Source of the DNA: an uncultured bacterium
GTDB taxonomy: Bacteria > Krumholzibacteriota > Krumholzibacteriia > Krumholzibacteriales > Krumholzibacteriaceae
Assembly (NCBI GenBank): GCA_963786935.1
Contig: CAWBAN010000001.1
Location: 960,001 to 1,024,000 of the forward strand
Reading direction: 5' to 3'
Length of the DNA stretch: 64,000 nt
Positions 18,900 to 30,449 of this stretch are shown piece by piece. How positions within the stretch are numbered: position 1 is the stretch's first letter; each line of letters begins with the position of its first letter. The notes below the pieces were generated by a model, which saw only the letters and a program-made list of their open reading frames with translations, ran no database searches and was not told where the DNA came from. The translations under genes and the position numbers were made by a program.

Positions 18900-21320
18900 T
18901 CAGTTCGCCGATTTCGGAAGCTGGCTGCCGAAGAAGCCGCCGATGCTGCGCCGGTGCTCGATGCCCCAGTCGAGCTTCTTCGTGAGCACGAGCTCGAGCA
19001 CCTGCTCCATCGAGTCGGCCACGACGATCTTCAGGTTCTTGCGGACCTCCTCGGGGAGCTCCTTGATGTTCTTCTCGTTCCCCTTCGGGAGGATGAGCTT
19101 CTGCACCCCCGCCCGCAGCGCGGCGACCGATTTCTCGTTGATGCCGCCGACGGGAAGCACCTTGCCGCGGAGCGTGACCTCGCCGGTCATCGCGATGTCG
19201 CGGTTCACCGGGATGTCGAAGAACGCCGAGACGAGCGCCGTCGCGATGGCGACCCCCGCGCTCGGCCCGTCCTTCGGGATGGCCCCCTCGGGAACGTGCA
19301 CGTGCACGTCGATCGAGGAGAAGAAGTCGTTTTCGAGCGGGAGCATGCGCGCCTTGTTCCGCGCGAAGCTGAGCGCGATCTTCGCCGATTCCTGCATGAC
19401 CTCGCCGAGCTGGCCGGTGAGGATGAGCTCCCCCTTGCCCGGCATGAGGGTCACCTCGATGTTGAGGATCTCCCCCCCGACCTCGGTCCACGCGAGCCCC
19501 GTCGTCACGCCGACCGACTCGCGCTCGTCGATCTCGCTGTCGGTGAACTTCGGAATCCCGAGATAGCTCTCAAGGTGCTTCGGCGTGATGCGGACGGCCC
19601 GGCCCACGCTCTCCGCGGGGCCCGAGGCGAGCTTGCGCGCCACCTTGCGGCAGATCGAGGCGAGCTCGCGCTCGAGGTTCCGCACGCCCGCCTCGCGCGT
19701 GTAGAGGCGGATGATATCGGTCATCGTCGCGGTCGAGATCCGGAGCTGCCCTTCCTTGATGCCGTGCGCCTTCATCTGCTTCGGCAGGAGGAATTTCTGC
19801 GCGATCGCGATCTTCTCGTGGAGGAGATACCCCGGGAGCCGGATGACCTCCATGCGGTCCTGGAGCGCCGGCGGGATGGTGAACATGACATTCGCCGTCG
19901 TGATGAACATCACCTCGCTCAGGTCGAACTCGACCTCGAGGAAGTGATCGCTGAAATGCTTGTTCTGGTCGGGATCGAGCACCTCGAGGAGTGCCGCCGA
20001 CGGATCGCCGCGGAAGTCGGCGCCGAGCTTGTCGATCTCGTCGAGGAGCAGCACGGGATTCTTGCTCCCCGCCTTCCGCATCATCTGGATGATGCGGCCG
20101 GGGAGCGAGCCGATGTACGTCCGCCGGTGCCCGCGGATCTCCGCCTCGTCGCGGATCCCGCCGAGGGAGATCCTGACGAAGTTGCGGCCGAGCGCGTCGG
20201 CGATCGAGTGCCCGAGGGAGGTCTTGCCCACGCCGGGCGGGCCGACGAAGCAGAGGATCGGGCCCCTGAGGTTCCCGACGAGCTTCACGACCGAAAGGAA
20301 CTCGACGATGCGCTCCTTGACCTTGGCGAGACCATAGTGATCGGCGTCGAGCTTCGCCTTCACCTGCGCGAGATCGAGATTGTCGTGGGTGCGCTTGCGC
20401 CACGGGAGCGAGGCGAGCGTCTCGATGTAGTTGCGGACGACGGTCGCCTCGGGGGCCATCGGAGACATCATCCGGAGCCGGTCGAGCTCCCGGTACGCCA
20501 TCTTATCCGCCTCGCGGCTCATCCCCGCCTTCTTGATCTTCCGCTTGAGGTCGCCGTATTCCTCGAAATCGTCCCCCTCGCCGAGCTCCTTCTTGATCGC
20601 TTTCATCTTCTCGTGGAGGAAGAGCTCGCGCTGGGTCTTCTGGACCTGGCTCGAGACCTTCTCGTCGATGTCCTTCTCGACCTTGAGGAGCTGGAGCTCC
20701 TCAGAGAGGATCCGGTGGAGCGCCATGAGGCGCTCCTCGACGTCGAACGCCTCGAGGAGCCGCTGCTTCTCGTCGTTGTGCACGAGGAGATGCGCGGCGA
20801 TCGTGTCGGCGAGGACGGAGCGGTCCTCGATCGACTGGAGCGAGAGGAGCACCTCGTTCGGGAGGCGCGGATTCATGCGCACGTAGTCGGTGAAGAGATA
20901 CTCGACCCGGCGCATGAGCGCCTCGAGCTCGCGCGTGTCGCGGTCGTCGACCTCCACCTCCTCGATGCGGGCGGCGAAGTAGTTGTCCTCTTCGATGTAT
21001 TCCCGGATGCGCGCGCGGCTCACCCCCTCGAGCATGACCTTGATCGTCCCGTCGGGGAGATTGAGGTGATGGAAGATTTTCACGACCGTGCCGACGAGGA
21101 AGAGATCCTCCGGCCCCGGCTCGTTCACCGACGCGTTCTTCTGCGTCACGACGACGAGGTTCTTGTCGGTCTTGATGGCGCGCTCGACGGCGTTCACCGA
21201 GGGCTGCCGGCCGACGAGGATGGCCGTCGCCATCGAGGGAAAAATCACCACGTCGCGCAGGGGGATGAGCGGATAGACGTTTCCCCGCGCCTCACGATTG
21301 TCTCCTGCGTTCATTTTCAT
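18900..21320 (-). CDS. lon: Lon protease
   Basis: GPPGVGKTS, DEAEIRGHRRTYIG, PKDGPSAG catalytic Ser. Confidence 0.98.
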   Translation of the reverse strand: MKMNAGDNREARGNVYPLIPLRDVVIFPSMATAILVGRQPSVNAVERAIKTDKNLVVVTQKNASVNEPGPEDLFLVGTVVKIFHHLNLPDGTIKVMLEGVSRARIREYIEEDNYFAARIEEVEVDDRDTRELEALMRRVEYLFTDYVRMNPRLPNEVLLSLQSIEDRSVLADTIAAHLLVHNDEKQRLLEAFDVEERLMALHRILSEELQLLKVEKDIDEKVSSQVQKTQRELFLHEKMKAIKKELGEGDDFEEYGDLKRKIKKAGMSREADKMAYRELDRLRMMSPMAPEATVVRNYIETLASLPWRKRTHDNLDLAQVKAKLDADHYGLAKVKERIVEFLSVVKLVGNLRGPILCFVGPPGVGKTSLGHSIADALGRNFVRISLGGIRDEAEIRGHRRTYIGSLPGRIIQMMRKAGSKNPVLLLDEIDKLGADFRGDPSAALLEVLDPDQNKHFSDHFLEVEFDLSEVMFITTANVMFTIPPALQDRMEVIRLPGYLLHEKIAIAQKFLLPKQMKAHGIKEGQLRISTATMTDIIRLYTREAGVRNLERELASICRKVARKLASGPAESVGRAVRITPKHLESYLGIPKFTDSEIDERESVGVTTGLAWTEVGGEILNIEVTLMPGKGELILTGQLGEVMQESAKIALSFARNKARMLPLENDFFSSIDVHVHVPEGAIPKDGPSAGVAIATALVSAFFDIPVNRDIAMTGEVTLRGKVLPVGGINEKSVAALRAGVQKLILPKGNEKNIKELPEEVRKNLKIVVADSMEQVLELVLTKKLDWGIEHRRSIGGFFGSQLPKSAN

Positions 21321-21365
21321 TCGATGTCACCGCCGCCTGGAGGGAGAAGGGCCGCCGGAACCGCG

Positions 21366-22619
<1,254 letters not shown>

Positions 22620-22747
22620 CCGATTCTCCGTCCTTCAGACGGGCCGAACGGGCCCATCTATTCTATTATACTCTTTCGCCGCCCCCCGTGCCCTCAAAAT
22701 CGAAATCGTTCCGACTCCGGTACCGTCGGCGCCGGCCGCCGGCCCCC

Positions 22748-23368
22748 CTACCGCTTCAGCTCGCTCTTCGAGAGGAGGATGTCGTCGACGATGCCGTACT
22801 CTTTCGCCTCCTCGGCCGACATGAAGAAATCGCGATCCGTGTCCTTCGCGATCCGCTTGATGTTCTGGTGCGTGTGCTTGACCAGAATCTCGTTCAGCTT
22901 GCTCCGCAGGGTGACGATCTCCTTCGTGTAGATCTCGAGCGTCGTCGCCTGGCCCTGGGTCCCGCCCGAGGGCTGGTGGATCATGACGCGCGCGTGCGGG
23001 AGCACGGAGCGCTTCCCCGCCTTGCCCGCGGCGAGCAGCACGGCGGCCATGCTCGCGGCCTGCCCCATGCAGATCGTCGCGACGTCGCAGGAGATGTACT
23101 GCATCGTGTCGTAGATGGCGAGCCCGGCGGACACGACGCCGCCCGGGCTGTTGATGTAGAGGAAGATGTCCCTCGTCGGATCCTCCGCCTCGAGAAACAG
23201 AAGCTGCGCGATGACGCTGTTCGCCAGCGTGTCCTCGATCGCCGTTCCGATGAACACGATGCGATCCTTGAGGAGCCGGGAATAGATGTCGTACGCGCGC
23301 TCCTCGCGCCCGCGCGTTTCGATCACGTACGGAATCGGTATGTACGCCGAGTTATAGATCTTCTCCAT
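22748..23368 (-). CDS. clpP: ATP-dependent Clp protease proteolytic subunit
   Basis: [24 protein letters not shown] motifs. Confidence 0.98.
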   Translation of the reverse strand: MEKIYNSAYIPIPYVIETRGREERAYDIYSRLLKDRIVFIGTAIEDTLANSVIAQLLFLEAEDPTRDIFLYINSPGGVVSAGLAIYDTMQYISCDVATICMGQAASMAAVLLAAGKAGKRSVLPHARVMIHQPSGGTQGQATTLEIYTKEIVTLRSKLNEILVKHTHQNIKRIAKDTDRDFFMSAEEAKEYGIVDDILLSKSELKR

Positions 23369-23394
23369 CGCTTCCTCTCTTTTCAGGTCCGGAA

Positions 23395-24696
23395 TCAGGC
23401 GGCGCCGAGAACGATCTCGAAGATCTTCCGCTCCCGGAGCCTGCTCCTGAGGTTCTCGATCCGCTCGTGCTCTTTCATGAACAGCTTCTTGACGTCCTCG
23501 ATCGGCCTGCCGTTCTCATCGGCGATCTGCTGGAACTCCCGGTCCACGTCCGCCTCGGTGACCTCGATCCCTTCCTTCTCCGCGATCCGCTCCATGACGA
23601 AATAGCGCTTGATGTTCCTGAGCGCGACGCGGTCGAAGAACTCGTCGATCTGCTTCAGCTTCTCCTCGCTCTCCTCTTTGCCGACGCCGGCCGCCGCGCG
23701 CCGCCGCTCGTCCTCGGCGACGAGCTCCTTCTTGAAGCGATCCTGCATCGTTCGGGGAATATCGAACGGATTCTGCGCGATGATGAGATCGATCGCCTGC
23801 TCCTCGCGCTTCCGCCGCTCCTCCCTCGTCTTCTCCTCGATGAGCCGGGCCCGGACGTCCTCGCGCAGCTCGCCGAGGGTCTTGAATTTCGCGTCGACCT
23901 TCGCGGCGAACGCGTCGTCCAGCGGCGACACCTGCTTCTCGCGCACGTCGTTCACGCTGAATTCGTAGCCGATCTTCCGGCCCGCGAGCCGCTCCGGCTT
24001 GTAGTCGGCCGGATAATCCACCTCGACCTTCCCCGACTCCCCGACCCGCTTGCCCACGATCGCCTCTTCGAACACGGGGAATATCTGTCCCGTGCCGAGC
24101 TCGACCGGATAGTTCGTCACGCGGCTCTTCACGTCGACCGATCCGTCGGCTCCGATCGGCGTGAAATCGAGGGTCACCACGTCCCCCGCCGCCGCGGCGC
24201 GGTCCACCTTGATGAAATCCGCCGATCGCTCGCGCAGATTCCCGATGACCTCCTCGACCTCTTCGTCCGACACCGTCGGATCGGCGGCGTCGACCTTGAT
24301 GTCGCGGTACTTCTCGATCTCGAACCGGGGGAAGACCTCGATGCAGATATTGAACGCGAGGGGCTCATCCCCGAGGACCTTGACCTCCCGGAACTCCGGA
24401 TCGCCGACCGGCTCGAGCCCGTGCTCGGCGATCGCGTGCTCGTAGGCGAGCGGCAGGATGCTCTTGATCGCCTCGGCCCTGATCTCGTCGGCGAACCGCT
24501 TCTCCACGATATCGGCGGGCACCTTCCCCTTCCTGAAACCGGGGATGGCGACTTCTCTGATCATTTCCTTGAGCACGCGCGAGCGCTCGTCCTTGAACCG
24601 CTCGGGGGTTATCTCCACCGATATGACCCGCCGGCAGCCCGTTTCCTCGGCCACCTGCATCTTGATTTCACCGTCGAGAAACTTCTTTTCCATCAT
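23395..24696 (-). CDS. tig: Trigger factor
   Basis: [10 protein letters not shown] ribosome-binding motif, FKBP-like middle domain; canonical tig-clpP-clpX-lon order. Confidence 0.95.
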   Translation of the reverse strand: MMEKKFLDGEIKMQVAEETGCRRVISVEITPERFKDERSRVLKEMIREVAIPGFRKGKVPADIVEKRFADEIRAEAIKSILPLAYEHAIAEHGLEPVGDPEFREVKVLGDEPLAFNICIEVFPRFEIEKYRDIKVDAADPTVSDEEVEEVIGNLRERSADFIKVDRAAAAGDVVTLDFTPIGADGSVDVKSRVTNYPVELGTGQIFPVFEEAIVGKRVGESGKVEVDYPADYKPERLAGRKIGYEFSVNDVREKQVSPLDDAFAAKVDAKFKTLGELREDVRARLIEEKTREERRKREEQAIDLIIAQNPFDIPRTMQDRFKKELVAEDERRRAAAGVGKEESEEKLKQIDEFFDRVALRNIKRYFVMERIAEKEGIEVTEADVDREFQQIADENGRPIEDVKKLFMKEHERIENLRSRLRERKIFEIVLGAA

Positions 24697-24747
24697 TCCC
24701 CCACTGTCAGAGCGGTCGGTAATCAACCACGAACACGGCTTTTTTCC

Positions 24748-24832
24748 TGGTGCGAGAGGGGGGATTTGAACCCCCACGAGTTTCCTCACTGGATCCTAAG
24801 TCCAGCGCGTATGCCAGTTCCGCCACTCTCGC
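24748..24832 (-). tRNA. tRNA-Leu (TAG)
   Basis: Reverse complement GCGAGAGTGGCGGAACTGGCATACGCGCTGGA-CTTAGGA-TCCAG, long variable arm, ...CTCTCGCACCA. Confidence 0.96.
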
Positions 24833-24864
24833 TATGCGGCTCTCGTTATAACTTCATATTTTAC

Positions 24865-24893
24865 AATATAATAAAGCGCATCGCTCCGGTCAA
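24865..24893 (-). promoter_or_regulatory. Sigma70-type promoter for tRNA-Leu/tig operon
   Basis: TTGACC-17-TATATT. Confidence 0.65.
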
Positions 24894-25005
24894 AAACGAT
24901 TGTTGCCCGTTCGGCACATAAATTTACTACGTGACACGCCGATTATCAAACGGATTCGAGCAAAAGCTCCGTCGCCCAATATCGCCCGGCCGCCGCCGCG
25001 CCCCA

Positions 25006-25788
25006 TCAGCGTCCCTTGAACGCCGCCTCCCTTTTCTCGAGAAACGCGTTCATTCCCTCTTTCATGTCCTCGGTGCCGCAGGTCATGGCGAAGAGCGTCC
25101 CCTCGAGCCGCAAGCCGTCCTCGAACGACATTTCCGAGCCGTGGTTCACCGCCTCGATGCATGCCTTGAGGGAGAATCCGGGCTTCTTGAGAAGGAGCGC
25201 AGCCATCTCGTCGACGGCCTTCGGGAACTCCTCCGCCGAGACGACCTTATTGACGAGCCCGAGCGCCAGCGCCTCCTGGGCCGTCAGAATCCTGCCCGTC
25301 GTCACGAGCTCCATGGCGATTCCCCGCGGTATCAGGCGGGCGAGCCGCTGGGTCCCGCCGTAGCCCGGCATCGTGCCGAGATTGATCTCGGGGAGCCCGA
25401 TCCGCGCCCTCTCCGAAGCGATCCGGACCGTGCACGCGATCGCCAGCTCGCACCCGCCGCCGAGCGCGAAGCCGTTGACGGCGGCGATAACGGGCTTTCC
25501 CAGATTCTCCATGAGATTGGTGAGCCCCTGCCCGCGCGCGGCGAACTCCTTGCCGGCGAGCGGCTCCAGCTTGAGGAGCTCGGCGATATCGGCCCCCGCC
25601 GCGAACGACTTGTCCCCCGCGCCGGTCAGCACGACGACGCCGACGCCGGCGTCCTCCCTCATCTGCGTGAATGCGGCGATGAGCTCGACCACCGTCTGGA
25701 TGCTCAGCGCGTTGAGCTTCGCGGGCCTGTTGATCGTGACCCGTCCGATGCGTCCCGTTTTTTCGACGAGCACGTTTTCGAATGCCAT
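25006..25788 (-). CDS. crt: Enoyl-CoA hydratase (crotonase)
   Basis: FAAGADI, NGFALGGGCELA, GLPEINLG, PGYGGTQRL; start ATG 25788. Confidence 0.93.
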   Translation of the reverse strand: MAFENVLVEKTGRIGRVTINRPAKLNALSIQTVVELIAAFTQMREDAGVGVVVLTGAGDKSFAAGADIAELLKLEPLAGKEFAARGQGLTNLMENLGKPVIAAVNGFALGGGCELAIACTVRIASERARIGLPEINLGTMPGYGGTQRLARLIPRGIAMELVTTGRILTAQEALALGLVNKVVSAEEFPKAVDEMAALLLKKPGFSLKACIEAVNHGSEMSFEDGLRLEGTLFAMTCGTEDMKEGMNAFLEKREAAFKGR

Positions 25789-25899
25789 CTCCCGCTCCTT
25801 TCTGCGTATCGGGCTATTTAAGGACGCGGTGCGCGCCAGTGTCAACAATAAACTGTTTCTTGACTTGCGCCGCGTTATTCGGTTATCCATTGTTCAATT

Positions 25900-28593
25900 A
25901 TGAACGTGCGCATTCCGAGAATCATCCGGGCGGCGGCCGCCGCGCTCGCCATTCTCGTTTTCGCTCCTCTCGCGGCGCGATCCGCGGCTCAGCAGCAGGA
26001 CGACGCACTCAAGCGGCAGTTCGTCCGCTTCCTCGAAGGGGGCGCGGAGACCGCGGCGCTCACGCCCGGCCAGGCGCTGTACCCCCTCCGCGTGCATCCC
26101 CTCACGGCGACGACGGCGTTCGTCCTTCTCGAAAACGAGCCGCTCGTCCTCAAGGAGTACTATTCCGGGATTTCGCGGGCCGTCATGCAGCTCTTCGACG
26201 AAGAGAACCTCGCGGGGGATCTCGTCCGCGGCATGCCGGGGGCGAAGCGGAAAGCCGCCTCGATCCTCTCCCCCGGCCTGAATTCGCTCGCCGCGCTCGA
26301 GCTTTACAGCCTCCACCTCGTCGCGTGGAAGACGGGCGCGTACGAGGACGCGCTCGAATGCCTCGCCTGGTCCCGGTCGCTCTCGGGCGCGGTTACGCGG
26401 GGATTCTACGATCCCGACAGCGCGTGCTTCTTTCCCATCAACGCGGAAGGCCGGTTCGTCACGGATTACCACCCCGGTCAGCTCCTGCCCCTCGTCGGCG
26501 ACAGGCTCCTCGGGCGGATCGCGCGCGAGAGAATCGCCGGCGCGTACCTCGGGGGAAGCGCCGGCGCGGATCGCGAGAAGGCGGTCGATCCCGGCGATCC
26601 GTGGAGCGATCCGTCCATGCGGTTCATGATGCTCGACCTCCTCGCCGCCGCCGTCACCGAGGACGGCCCGCTGTTCTCATCCCTCCGGGCGGAAGCCGCC
26701 GGCACGGATGTGAAACCGTCCCCCTGGATCGATTACTGGCGAGAGAACCGCGCCGCGGCGCGGCGGCTCTTTCCCCCGTGGGCCGCGATCTCCCCGCTCG
26801 TGAACCTCACGCTCCTGCTCGAACGCGAGGGGCTTGTTCCGCCGAAGGAGCTCGCCGTGCTGAGCGCCGGGACCGATTCGATCGCCGCGGCGCTCTCCGC
26901 GGATGCGATGACCCTCGAATCCTACGAACAGGCGATCGCCGTCATAAACAGGATGCTCTCAAGGCTTTCCCGATTCTCCGGGCTCCTCGACACGCCGAAG
27001 GAGAGCTGGCGCGTGATGGACTCGGCGAAGTGGCGGCGCCTGTCCCCCCGCGCGAAGCGGCTCATCAACGAGACGCTCGCCGGCGTCCCCGCCGATCTGG
27101 CGGCCGCGAAGGCGGACCTTTCGCTGAGTCTCGAGCGCGAATGCGGCCTCGTCTTCAGCCTCGGCCTCCCCGCGAAGCCGGTTCCCCGGGGCATGGCGGT
27201 CGAGTTCGCCGCCTCTCTCCGCTCGCTGCGCGATCCGATCACGGTCTCGCGCTTCTACCTTCGGATCGGCGAGCGGCGCTGGCAGCTCACCGAAAGCTCC
27301 GATACCGTCACGATCGCTCCGAACGGCGGGCCGTTCGTTCACCGGGGGAGCATTCCTCTCCCGGATGGCAGCGAGCCGGGCATCGTCACGCTGAATGCCG
27401 CGCTCGAATTCCTGCACGAGGGAAAGATGGTCGAAATCCGCGGCATCGAGAGCGTCGCCGTGACGAAGGAATCGGACGCCGTCATCGACTTGCCGGACGG
27501 AAGGCGCATCGGCGGGAAACCCGTTCGGATCTCTCTCGGAATCGTTTCACGGGCCGGCCGCGACGTGCAGGGAACGGTCGACGGGACGATCCTGCGGGAG
27601 TTTTCGACGGAGCCGCCGCTCCCTGCCCGCTTCGTCGCCCGGGCCGGCGCGGAGCGCACCGATCTCGCCGTCACCATCATCCCGAAGGGCGCGATCTCGC
27701 CGGGGCGCTATCCCTTCTCGCTGACCGTGACGCTCGACGGCAAATCCGTCGCGCGGTTCAAGGATTTTCTCGTTCGCCCCTTCAACTGGCTTCATCTCGG
27801 AACGCTCGAGAAACGGGACGAGCCGCTCCGCGACGGGGTCTCGTTCCAGCAGGATCTCTTCAAGCCCTACGCCTCCTCCGACGGCCGCGAGCTGCGGTGG
27901 CAGGAGGTCCCGCCGGGGGCGATCGACGGTGAAGGCGCTCTCAGGCCCGCGCGGCTCTACGGAAAGAGTCCGGGGCGTTGCGCCCTGTTCTACACGGTCG
28001 TCGACGCGAGCGCCCCGATGAGGCTCGTCTGGCGGCTCGCCACGAGGAACGCCTTCTCCCTCTGGATCAACGGCGAACCGGTCGTTCCGGGAACCGATGA
28101 ACGGCTCGAGGGGGCAAGCGGCGCCGTCGATCTGAGGAAAGGCCCGAACTCCATTCTCATCGCCGTATGCTGGGACGTTTCGCCGGACGCCATACTGTTC
28201 CAGTTCGAGGACGAGAGCGGGCTCCCTCCCTCGGGGCTCGACAACGAGCTCGACGAGATCATCGACGGATTCGATCGCCTCAACGTCGCGCAGAGCGTCA
28301 AGAAAAAGGAGTCCCCCTCGTCGGCGGAGGAGCTCAAGGACGTCCGCGTCGAATACGAGAATCCCCGGGCCACCGAGGTCTCGATCATCGGCTCGTTCAA
28401 CAACTGGGAAGCGGGCGCCACGCCCCTGAGCAAGGCGGGAAAGGGCGTCTGGGCGGTGACGCTGCACCTGCGGTCGGGACGCTACCCGTACAAGTTTCTC
28501 GTGAACCGGAAACAGAAGATGGCCGATCCGAAGAACGAAGCGACCGAGCCGGACGGTTTCGGCGGAACCAATTCGATCCTCGAGGTTAAGTAG
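25900..28593 (+). CDS. Large secreted multidomain protein with C-terminal CBM48/AMPK-type glycogen-binding domain
   Basis: Signal peptide; C-terminal VSIIGSFNNW...GRYPYKFLVN...DPKN...DGFGGTNS; central Ig-like segments. Confidence 0.75.
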   Translation: MNVRIPRIIRAAAAALAILVFAPLAARSAAQQQDDALKRQFVRFLEGGAETAALTPGQALYPLRVHPLTATTAFVLLENEPLVLKEYYSGISRAVMQLFDEENLAGDLVRGMPGAKRKAASILSPGLNSLAALELYSLHLVAWKTGAYEDALECLAWSRSLSGAVTRGFYDPDSACFFPINAEGRFVTDYHPGQLLPLVGDRLLGRIARERIAGAYLGGSAGADREKAVDPGDPWSDPSMRFMMLDLLAAAVTEDGPLFSSLRAEAAGTDVKPSPWIDYWRENRAAARRLFPPWAAISPLVNLTLLLEREGLVPPKELAVLSAGTDSIAAALSADAMTLESYEQAIAVINRMLSRLSRFSGLLDTPKESWRVMDSAKWRRLSPRAKRLINETLAGVPADLAAAKADLSLSLERECGLVFSLGLPAKPVPRGMAVEFAASLRSLRDPITVSRFYLRIGERRWQLTESSDTVTIAPNGGPFVHRGSIPLPDGSEPGIVTLNAALEFLHEGKMVEIRGIESVAVTKESDAVIDLPDGRRIGGKPVRISLGIVSRAGRDVQGTVDGTILREFSTEPPLPARFVARAGAERTDLAVTIIPKGAISPGRYPFSLTVTLDGKSVARFKDFLVRPFNWLHLGTLEKRDEPLRDGVSFQQDLFKPYASSDGRELRWQEVPPGAIDGEGALRPARLYGKSPGRCALFYTVVDASAPMRLVWRLATRNAFSLWINGEPVVPGTDERLEGASGAVDLRKGPNSILIAVCWDVSPDAILFQFEDESGLPPSGLDNELDEIIDGFDRLNVAQSVKKKESPSSAEELKDVRVEYENPRATEVSIIGSFNNWEAGATPLSKAGKGVWAVTLHLRSGRYPYKFLVNRKQKMADPKNEATEPDGFGGTNSILEVK

Positions 28594-28632
28594 AGAAAGC
28601 GGCGCGAGCCGGCGAGCGGAGGAGGAGAAGGC

Positions 28633-29817
28633 GTGGCGCGACGGACGAACAAGCGGCGGCTCATGATCGTTTTCGGCACGCGGCCCGAGGTGATCAAGCT
28701 CGCGCCCGTGATCGAGGAGCTCCGCGCGAAGTCCCGGAAATTCTCCGTCGCCGCCTGCTTCACCGCCCAGCACCGGGAGATGTGCGAAACGCTCCTGCGC
28801 TTCTTCTCGATCGAGCCCTCGTACGACCTCGACGTCATGGTCGAGAAGCAATCCCTCACCGATATCGCCACGCGGACGATGCAGCGTCTCGACGCCGTGC
28901 TCTCGCGCGACCCCGCGGATATGATCATCGTGCAGGGGGACACGACCTCGGCGTTCGCCGCCGCGCTCCTCGCCTTCTACCGGCGCATCCCCGTGGCCCA
29001 CGTCGAGGCGGGGCTCAGGACGCGCGACGTCTGGAATCCGTACCCCGAGGAGATGAACCGCGCGCTCATCGGGCGAATCGCCCGCCTCCACTTCGCCCCC
29101 ACCAAACGGGCCGTCCGCGCGCTCGCCGACGAGGGAATCGGGCCCCGCGGCGTGTACGTCACGGGCAACACCGTCATCGACGCCCTCCACCTCGCGCTCG
29201 CGAAGCGCGCATCGCGCGAGCGGCGATCCGCGCGCGGCGCGCGCGGCGGGAGAACGCTCATCCTCGTCACCGCGCACCGGCGGGAGAGCTTCGGGAAGGG
29301 AATCGAGGAGATATGCGCGGCGATCCTCGATCTCGTCGGCCGGAACGAGGAGCTCGAGATATTCTTCCCGGTCCATCCGAATCCCGCGGTCAAAAAGCCG
29401 GTCGAACGCGCGCTCGGCGCGCACCCCCGCATCACCCTGTCTCCGCCGCTCGAATATCCCGATCTCATCGACGTCATGGAGCGCTCGAGCCTCGTGCTCA
29501 CCGACTCGGGAGGGCTGCAGGAGGAGGCTCCCGCGCTCGGGCTCCCCGTCGTCGTCATGCGCGACGAAACGGAGCGCCCCGAGATCGTGGAGGCGGGGGG
29601 TGCGGTGCTCGCGGGACCGCACCGGGACCGGATCGTCGCCGAGGTCGAGCGAATCCTCGGGAACCGGCGCGCCTACGACCGGATGGCGCGCGTGAGAAAT
29701 CCGTTCGGCGACGGCACCGCGTCGCGCCGCATCGTGAGAATCCTCGACGCGTGGTTCTCCGCGCCGGGCGCGATGAACACACGCTCATTCAGAAGCACGG
29801 TGGAGTTCCGCCCATGA
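28633..29817 (+). CDS. wecB: UDP-N-acetylglucosamine 2-epimerase (non-hydrolysing)
   Basis: FGTRPEVIK, QGDTT, HVEAGLR, HRRES, DSGGLQEEAP, ERPE motifs. Confidence 0.96.
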   Translation: MARRTNKRRLMIVFGTRPEVIKLAPVIEELRAKSRKFSVAACFTAQHREMCETLLRFFSIEPSYDLDVMVEKQSLTDIATRTMQRLDAVLSRDPADMIIVQGDTTSAFAAALLAFYRRIPVAHVEAGLRTRDVWNPYPEEMNRALIGRIARLHFAPTKRAVRALADEGIGPRGVYVTGNTVIDALHLALAKRASRERRSARGARGGRTLILVTAHRRESFGKGIEEICAAILDLVGRNEELEIFFPVHPNPAVKKPVERALGAHPRITLSPPLEYPDLIDVMERSSLVLTDSGGLQEEAPALGLPVVVMRDETERPEIVEAGGAVLAGPHRDRIVAEVERILGNRRAYDRMARVRNPFGDGTASRRIVRILDAWFSAPGAMNTRSFRSTVEFRP

Positions 29818-30437
29818 AGTCCGCGATCGAACGATCCGTTTTCGCCCGCCGGCGAGCGATCCTCGCGCTCGCGATCGTCGCGGCCGGCGCGCTCACGTGG
29901 GCCGGCGCCTCGGCCGAGACGCCACGACGCATCTGCGCCTCGCTCGAGACGCGCTATTATATCTTCGACCCGGCGTTCTTCGATATCGACGACGGGCTCG
30001 GCGGCGGCGCCGCGCTGCGCTACGAGATCGCGAACGATTTCTACTTCGAGAACGCGATCGGGCTCATCGACGGGGAAGCCGACGGCGTCGACATCGACGG
30101 GTTTGATTACCGGCTGAATCTGTTCGCTATCATTCCCTATTTCATCCCGGTTCCCTATCGGCCCGTCGCGCGGCTCGGCGTCGGCTTTTTGTCGGTCAAT
30201 CCCGTCACCGCCACCCCGACGGACACGTACCGCCCGACCCAGACGACCATGTATCTCCTCGCCGGCGCCGGCATCAACCGGATGTTTCTGAAACGCATGC
30301 TCGTCGAGCTGGGCGCCGAAGTGCTGTTCACGCCCTACCAGTACCGGATCTACGAATTCGACCGGCAGAACGTCGTCACGAACCTCGAGCGATTCACGCA
30401 CTACTCGGCGACGCTGGCGGTCACGTACACCTTCTGA
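29814..30437 (+). CDS. Outer-membrane beta-barrel protein
   Basis: ATG overlaps the wecB stop (ATGA); signal peptide; amphipathic strands; C-terminal VTYTF. Confidence 0.72.
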   Translation: MKSAIERSVFARRRAILALAIVAAGALTWAGASAETPRRICASLETRYYIFDPAFFDIDDGLGGGAALRYEIANDFYFENAIGLIDGEADGVDIDGFDYRLNLFAIIPYFIPVPYRPVARLGVGFLSVNPVTATPTDTYRPTQTTMYLLAGAGINRMFLKRMLVELGAEVLFTPYQYRIYEFDRQNVVTNLERFTHYSATLAVTYTF

Positions 30438-30449
30438 TGTCCGGGATCA

